A stretch of DNA of 64,000 nt from Eledone cirrhosa (lineage: Eukaryota): NCBI GenBank assembly GCA_964016885.1, contig OZ024750.1, positions 14,322,001 to 14,386,000 of the forward strand. The letters run 5' to 3'. The translations under genes were made by a program, and so were the position numbers. The notes beneath the pieces are model-generated. The model worked only from the letters and a program-made list of their open reading frames with translations, searched no databases and was not told where the DNA came from. Positions within the stretch are counted from its first letter, which is position 1. Each line of letters begins with the position of its first letter. Shown piece after piece: positions 12,950-24,900 of the stretch.

Positions 12950-15900
12950 CTACAGAAAAGAAAGTAAAAAAACAATTGTAATGCATTATCATATACACGT
13001 AAAATTCCGTTATAACGAATAACATTATAATGAATTTTTCAGTATAATGAAATTTTTTTCAATCCCCAGCCACACGCTCAATGTGTTGGGTCGATCTCGT
13101 TATAAAGAATTTTTCATTACAACAATTTATTTTTTATACCCCATGAGTTTCGCTATAACGGCATTTCACTGTATATAGTAGCATTTCATGTCCATGGTTT
13201 TTTTTCTTTTCATATAGAAGATACAAAAATAAAAATATGCTCCTTGAATTAATTATTTTTAATGCTTAATATTTTTTATGATAATCATACAAAACAAAAC
13301 AAAGAAAAGACTTATCATTAGCAAGATGTTTTACCAAATATTTTATTTTTTTAATGTATTTAAACCAATTATGGGTTAAATAGCCTCACCAATCCACAAC
13401 TGATCAAGTGTAGTGAGTTCAGCCACACCCTTGATATGACCAAAAAGCGGTGGAAGTTAACCAGGGAGAGGTCCCTCCAACAAGAGTGAGAAGGCCCTTG
13501 ATTGGATTGGATGGAGGTCAACCAGGGAGAGGTCCTTTCAAAACGAGTGAGAAGGCCCTGGATTGGATTGTTATGGAGGTCAACCAGGGAGGGATTCCTC
13601 CAATTGGAGTAAGAAGGCCCTGAAATCGAACCCAGTATGTTACTGGTACTTTATTTTATTGACTCGTAAGGATGAAAGGCAAAATTAACCTCAACGGGAT
13701 TTGAACTCAGACCGTAAAGGACCGTAGCATGGTGTCTCACACTCTACCAATACTGCCAATCCACCGCCCTGCCAATCCACCGCCCTGCCAATCCACTGCC
13801 CTGAATAATAATGACTAGAATGATATCAATAACTTACCTAGGCAATCTTGTTATGACTAGAATGATATCAAGTTATGACTAGAATGATATCAATAACTTA
13901 CCTAGGCAATCTTGTTATGACTAGAATGATATCAAGTTATGACTAGAATGATATCAATAACTTACCTAGGCAATCTTGCTGATACTTTGTTCCAATCACC
14001 ACCTTTTCGATTTGGGACTAAGAAGAAAAAATAAAAATGACCATTATCTGTTCAGTAAGAGTATGTGTTGCCATGGCACAAAGATGAACACACCCTGGCA
14101 TCCTTCCCACCTCTTCCTTAACCCATTTCTCCTTCACATCACCTCACAAATTCCACCACCCTTGTCACCCACCTCTCCACCGCTTATAGTCTCTCACCCA
14201 TGACATCATACTTATCATTTGTCTTATTCCACCACCCACACAGGATAGAGAGAGCTCTTCAGTTGAATCAATGATCCACAACACCCACTAGTGTCGATGC
14301 CACAATTCAAATGCACTCAGAGCTCTCTGTAAAGAGGTTGGTGTTAGGAAGAGATACACTATGTTGATTGATGCTACATTTTTATGAATGAACGGCTTAT
14401 ACACTAATTATGTGAGTCACTAAGACTAGGGACTGAGTATACAGATAAACATTTATGAATTTATAACATTGAAAGAGATAGAAGGCTAAACAGTGCAAAA
14501 TGGACTGTAAAATGAGGTAACGAAAAGTAAGTTACCTGGTAATTTTTTTCTTTTTGTTCTTTTTTTCTGTCCAATATTTTGGAACCTAAAAGTCCCTTCA
14601 TCAGGGTTTAAGGAACTTTCAGTGGATAATGTTCCAATTTCCTCTCTTTGGGATTAAATTTGTTTTTTTAACCCCCTTCCCTGTCCAGGTGCATTTAAAA
14701 ACATTAATAAGAATATATTTCCTGTTCACTCTTGCTCAAACAAGAAAACATTTGATTTTCAAACTGTTTTCTCCAAACCTTCCTGCCTGGAAAAAGAAAT
14801 CCCATTTAAGATTTTAATAATTGTAGACAATGAACTTGGACACCCCTATCCCATTTAGACACACCTGTACATCCCTATCCCATATAGACACACCTGTACA
14901 TCCCTATCCCATATAGACACACCTGTACATCCCTATCCTATATAGACACACCTGTACATCCCTATCCCATTTAGACACACCTGTACATCCCTATCCCATA
15001 TAGACACACCTGTACATCCCTATCCCATATAGACACACCTGTACATCCCTATCCTATATAGACACACCTGTACATCCCTATCCCATATAGACACACCTGT
15101 ACATCCCTATCCTATATAGACAAACCTGTACATCCCTATCCTATATAGACACACCTGTACATCCCTAGCCTATATAGACAAACCTGTACATCCCTATCCT
15201 ATATAGACACACCTGTACATCCCTATCCCATATAGACACACCTGTACATCCCTATCCCATATAGACAAACCTGTACATACCTATCCCATATAGACAAACC
15301 TGTACATACCTATACCAAATAGATGTATCTGGATACCCCTATCCATACAGACACACATGTACACCCTTTTCTCATATAGATCTAGGGTGCAGCGATATTT
15401 GTGTTGTAATATAAATGAAATAATAATAAGCAAATAATATAGGTAGTAGAAAGGGAAATTATTTGTAAATATGTACAATAATGGATAAAATAGATAGGAT
15501 ATAGTGTATTAGTTACATAGTACAGTAGATAAGTAATGAATGTAAAATATGTAGAAGTCTTCAAATTATATCCAGGTCAACTTATGATCGGTTGGTTGCA
15601 ATAGACTTGCTTTGACCAGTTGGTTGGAATGGAACTTAGTTGTAGATGTATATATGAGTATAGACATGGAAAAGAATTATGATTTAAACATACATTATTG
15701 AGAAATAGTTGAAGTGATGAGCTGAGGGATTCACAAATCTAAATAGAGTACATATGATAGAATCGTAATATCAATCAGTTGATAATCATTGGTAGTACCC
15801 AAGGGCACAAACCACAGAGGATAGTGAGGGGAAAAACGAGCAAAGATTAGGTGGCTTAATGCAAATAAACTATCAACTGAGAAGGAGTTCAAAAGTGCAG

Positions 15901-18900
15901 CACTGAAGATAATGAAGAATAAAAGGAAGAAAGGATTGTTGGTGGAGGAAGAACTCCGGATAGTCATCTATTTGATGTTATACACAGGTGAGGAGATGTT
16001 TGACACATTAAGCAAAGACAGTAAGAAGAATGTGCCAGGAGGCAACGAAAGTTGCCTTATTGAAGAAGTGAGGAGGGAGAAAAGATGTGTGAAGAGTTGG
16101 TGGATTGAGGCAAGTGAAGACAAAGAAAAATGACCTCTGAAAATGGTGTGTCTGTGTGTTGACATTAAGAAGTGCATCTGTCATCTGCAGCAAATTGAGA
16201 GAAGAAAAAGAGAAGGCTCAAGCAGCAGTGTTGAAAGTGGTTCATTGAAAATTCATACAAGTATGCAAATGGGCTGTTCCAGGAGAGCAGAAATGGTTAC
16301 CTGACATGCAACAAAGACAAGCTGGAGACATCATCATCATCATTACTGTATGTCTGCTTTCCATGCTGGCATGGGTTGGATGGGTTACCATGGTTTGAGA
16401 CTAAACAGGTTAGAGAACTACATCCCCTTTGCATATTTCCTTTTTAACATGATTTCTATGGCTGGATGCTCTTCTTAATGCCAACAACTTTACAGAGTGT
16501 ACTGGGTGTGAATTATCTTGATGCCAGCATTAGTGAGTTTAGTTTGGGCATCTCAAGACTAAAAGGGGTACTCACAACCCTACATTGTCTCTGTTTATTC
16601 AAAGGCACACAACCAAGAAAGGAAATAGAAGCAAGACAAATGAAGTACCATTTTCCATATTGATAATGATGATAAAGTTGATGTTGTTGTTGTTGTTGTT
16701 GTTTGACCCCAAGTCAACCTTAGTTGAGCCAACCTATAAATAAAGACATAGTTGTGATCATATCTTTTTAGATATAGTGTAACTCAGACAATGTTATCAT
16801 ATATGTCATCCCCATTTAAAGAGGAATTAGAGCGAGATTTGGGAGAGACTTTGCTGCTATTTCTAGAAGGGCAAGCAACCACAATGGGACACCCCCTTCC
16901 CATACTTTATAGTGTTGCTCTTGGTAGTATTGAAGAAAAATGATGATTTTTAAAAATAAAATTAGATAATGCTTATAGTGAAGATTATGCATACAATTTT
17001 GAGAATCATTATAAGGATGGTTATTATCACAGAGATGATGGAGACAATGAAAGAGATGTTAATGATGTAGTGTAGATGTTTCTAAGGATGATTATGATGA
17101 CATTATCGATAAGTATGTTGTTGATGGCAATAATTATGATGAGAGTGAAAACATGATGACAATGATAAATATAATGACAGGTCATGATGAGAAAGAATAA
17201 TTGTTTCTACTTTTGGCACAAGGCCAACAATTACTTACCCCAGTGCATTACCGGTATTTTATTTTATCGACCCCCTAAGGATGAAAGGCAAAGTTAACCT
17301 CAGCAGGATTTGAAAGAATAATGATGATTTGATTGATAGGAATGATAATGGTGAAGTTCATAGAGATGGAAATTTGATTGATAATAAAACTGATATTTAG
17401 GAACAGTTTATAGAGATCAGAAAGCAACCTTACCAAAATGCTGAGATGGTAAGAAGAAGGAATGTAAACTGAAGACTATTAATTGCTTAAAAGAAGAAAA
17501 AAATAGAAAAAGACTGATATAAAAATTAAAAACAAAATGGAATCAAAATTAAACATGCTAATTATTGTTGAGAAAAAAACTAATTGAGATAGATGTGGGG
17601 TATTTTGGGGCATACCATACATGTCATGCTGAAGATTTCTTACCTTCATGGGCAGAATCTAATGACCTCACCCTACTTATACCCACGACTACAAATAAGA
17701 AAAAAAAGAAAAAAAATCTCAAAAATTATTTCTGTTATTCTTGTTTGCTGTTGTTGAGTTTGTTTTCAGTTTTAACAAGGAATTTTAATGAAGAAATTTA
17801 AAAATAATATAATAACAATTTCAGAAACACTGATAGTAATGTTAAAGTCTACTGTGGTAATCAGTCAATACATATTGGTTAAGGGAGAAAGGAGTGAATG
17901 AAGATGTACAATGTTTTGTGTGTGAAATTTGGTAGGTGGAAACTAAGCAGAAGCCTGTCGTGTGTGTTTATGTTTACTGGTATAAATCGGGGTGACATTT
18001 GAGTCAAAATTGTAAATTAATGGTTCAATAAAGATAAATATATTATATATGTCTCCAACTGAAATAGCTACTTGGGTGAAGATGACCAACTAAAAAAAAC
18101 CTGAAGAAGACTAAATTGAAATAAAAATGACTTAGATTTCAAATAAATAACATTATTTAGCATCAGATAAATAAGATATTGCTCACTGGAGACTTGTGTA
18201 GCATGGTGATATGAATAATCTAAATGGAAGGTCCACCAAAGATGATAATAAAAAAGCTAAGACATATAAAACATTATGTTTACCTGATGTACTGCGGTTA
18301 TATTCCACATCCCAAGCATTCCGTTTCTTCTTATTTGTCCTGTTGTAGAAATTTAAAAAAGCAGATTAATGAAGTGGAGACTAATTACACTTAAAGTGCA
18401 GCATTTCTGCAGAACAGTTTTATTTTTGTGAAGAACACAAATCACAGAAATAATTCTAACAATAATGATTTTTAACTTAGACACAAGGCCAGCAATTTCC
18501 CCAATGCATTACTGGTGCTTCATTTTATCGATCCCGTAAGGATGAAAGGCAAAGTTAACCTCAGCAGGATTTGAACTTAGAATGTAAAGGGCCATAAATA
18601 TGCTGCAAAGCATTGTGTCTGACGCTCTACCGAATCTGCCAAGGCCAACAATTTGTTGGGGAGGGGAAAGTCGAGCGCATCAACCCTAGTACTTGACTGG
18701 TACTTTATTTTATAGACCTATACAGGATTTGAATTCATAAAGAACCAGAACAAATACTGCTAAGCATTTGTCCAATGCTCTAATGGCGTTGCCAATCGAT
18801 TGCCCTTATAATAGTTTAAAAAAATTAGGTAAAGAACCTCTGGAATATGGAAAACAATGAACAGAAATGCCTGAAGGGAACTAAAGCATACATCTCATGT

Positions 18901-21900
18901 ATCCCAGGCAGGTGCATTTAAACATTACTCCAAAAGGTCCCTGGCCCAAATCGCAGAAATAATAATCAAAAAAGTTTGCTTACGCCAAGAAATGGTGTTT
19001 ACGCAGTTCATCACAAGTGGCTCGTTTCTCAGGATCTGCTACAAAGCATCTATAACACAGAAGGATACATGTTTCAATAACAAAATAAAAACTACATTAT
19101 TCTGATCTTATATTGTGATATGTTTTACAGTATTATTTCAACAATTATAATATAAAGGAAATATAATTATACTACAAAGGAAATATTGGAGAATTCATCA
19201 TCATCACCATTTAACGTCTCTTTTTCCATGCTAGCATGGGTTTGACAAGTTGTCCTGTTGTGAGACAAGTCAGATCAGATGACCATATCTTGCTCACACA
19301 GAACTGCATCTGGCTTGGTTTCTATGGCTGGATGCCCTTCCTAACACCATGAAAGAATATAAAAAATAATCTCCCATAATGTTTGCATTATTGAAGACTG
19401 TTTCATCATCATCATCGTCCTTTTAACATCGGTGGCGGCGACGATAACGAAATTTCTAAACTTCATACTGCAATAATTTTCCTCCTTAACCCTTTAGCAT
19501 TTAAATCGGCCATATCCGGCCAGAATTCTCTCACTTCTTTCTGTTCAAACCAGCCATCACTAGCCACTTATACAGATGTTAAGGTATTGTTCTCAAAATA
19601 AATAACACCAAAATCTCATAGATTCAATATTATGTGAGATAAAGCGTTTACTGCAAAAATACAATAGTATATATAGAGTAATGTAAATGATAAAGAGTTA
19701 AACAATATATTTTCTAAATGAAATCAACTGATGTTACCAGCTTAAAGTCAAAATAGTATTCATATTTCTGTAAATAGTGGCAAAATAATAGATTTTCTTT
19801 TTACATAGATTACAACCAAGTTCTAAATATCAGAGAAATTATTTTAAAACATTACCTCTTTATGAATAGTTTTGCTTGATCTGACATACTTTCTGGTATT
19901 TCTGGATGAATTTTGTAGAAACCAACCTTGAACATGGCTGCTTGTGGAACACCCAGCTGGAAGATTATTGAAAAAAACAAGAAAATTATTTTCATCATTG
20001 TAACCATAATAATTCTTTTGAACATTAGCACAAGGCCAGCAATTTTGGGGGAAGGAGAATGTCGACTGGGTGTTTTTTGTCATGGCATCAGCACTTTCAC
20101 CTTACAGGGTGTACTGGGTGTTATTTGTCATGGCACCACCACTACCACCTTACAGGATGAACTGGGTGCTTTTTGTCATGGCATCAGCACTTCCACCTTA
20201 CAGGGTGTACTGGGTGTTATTTGTCATGGCATCACCACTACCACCTTACAGGATGAACTGGGTGCTTTTTGTCATGGCATCAGCACTTCCACCTTACAGG
20301 GTGTACTGGGTGTTATTTGTCATGGCATCACCACTACTACCTTACAGGGTGGACTAGGTACTTTTTGTCATGGTATCAACGCTACCATCTTAAAGGGTGA
20401 ACTGGATGCTTTTTTTTAATGTCACGAACACTACTTTACAATTAATATCAATATTTTGATGCCAGAGCTAGCTTACTGAATGGGACTTCAGTAAATGCTA
20501 TATGTAGTGCTTCGTTGAATTTTCTAACTTTCTGCTATGTTTCTCTATTAATTATTAATGTTTCATTCAATAGTGGTATAAAGTAAAAAATGAGGAACAT
20601 TAGAAAGCTTTAAGATGAGAAACTTTTAAGTCAACATAAAGGATACTGTGCAGTAAAAACTAGGGGAAGTAGCCATATGAAGGTTTGAACTTTAATTATG
20701 AGGACTGCAATCTGGTATCTTAACCTCACTAAACAAGAAACAAATTTATTGTACCTCATTAAACGGCAATTTTCCTGTAGCCATTTCAATTACAGTGCAA
20801 CCAAAGGACCATACATCTGCCTAGAAAACAAAATTTGAAATACAGAAAAAATTTATATAAAAATTCATTTTTATCAATGGTATGTTGATGACAGTTGTAA
20901 GGATATCACTGAAGACTTCATATAAGAGAGGGTATACTGGAATAATCACATTGCTTTCTTCAGGTCTTTGATAGCAACAGTTACTCTTATATCTTTATTT
21001 GTACTATTGCACTTATCTATGTGTCAATTATATAGTGCAACTGTTGCATGCAGTGGTAAAATACATCTCCAATAGGATACTCTACAACAAGGTGTACTTA
21101 GCTGTGGTTTTTCCAGGAATAGCAGGAAGAGCCAGAGATCAGATATGAATTGTAGACTCTCTGGCTGGTACAGCAGAACTCTAACAATTTAAACCCTTGT
21201 AATACTCCTCTTGACCAGATACAAGACAAATATTAGTAGTTGATCCCAGTATTTACACAAAAAGTTTTTAATAAAGTTGACTGTAAAAAAATTAAAAAAA
21301 GTTGCAACAGTGAGATATAATCCCTTTAGTATTTAAACCATCCATATCCGGCCAGAATTCTCTCACCTCTTTCTGTTCAAACCGGCCATAACAGGCCCCT
21401 CATACCGACTTTACGGTATTGTTCTCAAAATAAATAATGTAAAAATCTCATAGATTCGATATTATGTGAGATATATATGTAACGTAAAAACTTTTCTGTG
21501 AAAATACAACAGTAAATATAGAGTAATGTAAATGCTAAAGGGTTAAAGTTGATATATTCCAAGACTTTCCAAACTGTTTGATGCTCTACCGACACTGCCA
21601 CTCTACTACCCTCACTTTTATAAATAGTAATGCAGTCAACTACAGTGGACAAAATTAATACTTACAGGTGGCCCATAACCTCGCACACCTTTGTCAATTA
21701 CTTCAGGAGCCATATATTGCATTGTGCCTAAAGATGAAACAAACAAAAAAACATAGCAGGAATGAGAATCTGTGTTATATACAAAACAGGAAATATATCA
21801 ATGAGCTTCTTTTTGTTATGTCTAGCAACACCCACCCTTATACAGATGACATAACCCTCCATGTCTAACAACACCTACCCTTATACAGATGACATAACCC

Positions 21901-24900
21901 TCCATGTCTAACAACACCTACCCTTATACAGATGACATAACCCTCCATATCTAAAAACACCCACCCTTATACAGATGACATAACCCTCCATATCTAACAA
22001 CACCTACCCTTATACAGATGACATAACCCTTCATGTCCAAGAACCATCCATTAAATGCATCAATTTTTCTGGATTTCCATGGTCTGCAGAGACCAAAAGC
22101 ACTGCTCTTTCCCACATCATCACCATCTTTACATCCATTGTTCCATGCTTGTATGGGTTGGATAGGGCCTTTTCAGTACAGCATCTTTCCACTCATTGTT
22201 TTCCTTTGTCATCTTCTCTGAGAGTCTCAGCAATTTGAGATCATCACTCGCCACCTCCACCAAGGTCTTCCTTGGTCTACCTCCACTACAGCTTCCTTTT
22301 ACTGGGATTTCCTGGCACTTCTTCACCCAGTGATCCATCATCCATGTACATCACATGCCCATCCAATGCAGTCTTCTCTCCTGCACACCACCTCGAGTTC
22401 CTCTTAAACCCAGTTTCTCCCTCAGTTCATCCAGGCTCTGCCTTTCTCTCACATTTATATTGCACATCCAACAGAGTATGGTAGCTTCATTTCTCTCCAG
22501 TCTACACAAGTCCTCTGTAGTTACTGCCCATGTTTCACTACCAAGCAGCATTGCACGTCATACAGTCGTCCTTTTGTACATAGGGAGAAACCTAAGAAAT
22601 AAAAAAATCCAAACACACACACACAGATAAGAAAAGGTTAAAACCAGCCTCTTACCAGCTAATGTGTTTGCATTGCGATTGATTCCAGCTAGCCGTTTTG
22701 ACGTCCCAAAATCAGAAATTTTTAAGACCCCACTGTAGGTATTTACCAAGACATTGTCACCTTTAATATCACGATGAACAATTTTATTGTCATGCTGTAA
22801 ACAATAAAATAAATATTATATAACAGTAGAGACACTTGAGATCACTAAAGTGGAAGAACAAGAATAAATAGCAATCAGAGTTACCATAAATATAATGTAT
22901 AATATATATTCTGATATATATGATGTATAATATAGATATATATAATGTATAATATAAAATGTATAATATATAATTGTTTCTACTTTTGGCACAAGGCCAG
23001 CAATTATCCCAGTGTATTACTGGTTACTTTATTTTATCGACCCCGTAAGGATGAAAGGCAAAGTTAACCTCGGCGGGATTTGAACTCAGTCCGTAAAGGG
23101 ACGTAACTGTGCTGCAAAGCATGGCACCCGACCCTCTACCGATACTGCCAATTCACCAATGTATAATATACATGCAGTGGAACTAATACTGTAACATATG
23201 TAAAACAATTCAATACATACACACACATATATATCATTTGAAAAGAAGATCATTAACTTGAAATATAAAAGAAATATTGACTAAAAAAATTTTTTTTTTT
23301 TTTTTTTTCGTCATCCTTTTAGCCCAGTACAATCTGCATTATATCAGCTTTCCAAGTACTTTATTATTTAGCAGATATCTCACAATACTTCAAATAAACT
23401 ATACAGCTTTAAATATATATTTCTTTGTGTGCATGAATATATGTGCGTTTGGTGCCACAATAAAAAGCACCCAGTTCACAATGTAAATGTGGTTGGTGCT
23501 AGGGAGGGCAACCAGCTGTAGAAACCAAACCAGAAACAGTTCTGTATGAGCAAGACATGGTCATCTGATCTGACTTGTCTCACAACAGGACCACTTGTAT
23601 AACAAATGGTGCGGAAAATGGACGTTAAACAGAGATGATGATGATGTATGTGCTATCATCATCATCATTTAATGCCCGAATGTCTTAAGTAAAATAGTAT
23701 TTTAAATACTTACTCTGAGAGAGAGAGGGAGAGAGGGAGATAGAGAGAGATGGAGAGAAAGAGAGAGGGGGTGGAGAGATGGTGTGTGTAAAAAAGTGAT
23801 AATGATGATGATGATATATACCTATGTATGTATGTATGTATGTATGTATGTATGTATGTATGTGTGTGTATGTGTATGTACATATACATATATATATATT
23901 CTTGTGTTCCCCATACTTGTACACGAGTTATTGGTGAATTTTATGCCACAAGTATGTCCGTAACCTGAAACAACTAATAGCCCAACACCACCACCAACAC
24001 CAACACCACCATCACCATATAAAAAAACAATGCCACTGCCACTGATGATAATAATTGTTTCTACTATAGGACCAAGGCCAACAGTTTTGGGAGAGGGAAA
24101 AAAAATCAATTAAATCAACCTCAGTGCATTACTGGTACATTATGTTACCAACCCCGTAGGGATGAAAGTCAAAGCTAACTTCAGCGGGATTAACGATAAT
24201 AATAATTATTTCTACTTTTGGCACAAGGCCAGCAATTACCCCAGTGCATTACTGGTACTTTATTTTACCGACCCCCCGTAAGGATGAAAGACAAAGTTAA
24301 TGATAATAATAATAATATGGTATTGTACTCATCTCAATACTGTTCCGGGACACTAAGAAAGGAAAGCAAAACTGTAAATGATGTTGTTGAGTTAATAATA
24401 GAACATAATTGAAATCTTTTGCAATCAGCTACAATGATTGCCAGGGAAAAAGTAGGTTATAACTCCCAGGAAAGCAACAAGGATCAATTTATGTACCCTT
24501 AGTGGAAACAAGGGAGAGACAGATTTAAACACTGTAAAAATCTTACCAGAATTCATTGTTGTCATAGAGGTGTGTGGGGAAAAAAGTTATGTGAGGTAAA
24601 GCCTTTACCATGAAAATATAGGAGTAAATATAAAATAATTGTTTTATACTTTTGGCACAAGGCCAGCAACTATCCCAGTGTATTACTGGTTACTTTATTC
24701 TATCGACCCCGTAAGGATGAAAGGCAAAGTTAACCTTGGCGGGATTTGAACTCTGAACGTAAAGGGCCGTAACTCTATGCTGCAAAGCATGGCGTCAGAC
24801 CCTCTACCGATACTGCCAACCCACTGCCCTAAATATAAAATAATGCAAATCCTTGGCTTGTCTTCTCCTAGCTCTTCATTATGTAGGCTCCCACAAAAAA

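Noticed and set aside
14536-14585. Possible extra kinase exon (polybasic, AG/GT bounded)
   Set aside because: At 50 nt it breaks frame alone, the acceptor tract is weak and the content is an A-rich run. It is in frame only when paired with another unsupported 52-nt candidate (17434-17485).
15700-16330. Possible very old LINE coding fragment on the minus strand
   Set aside because: Only faint motif resemblance; too degenerate to call.
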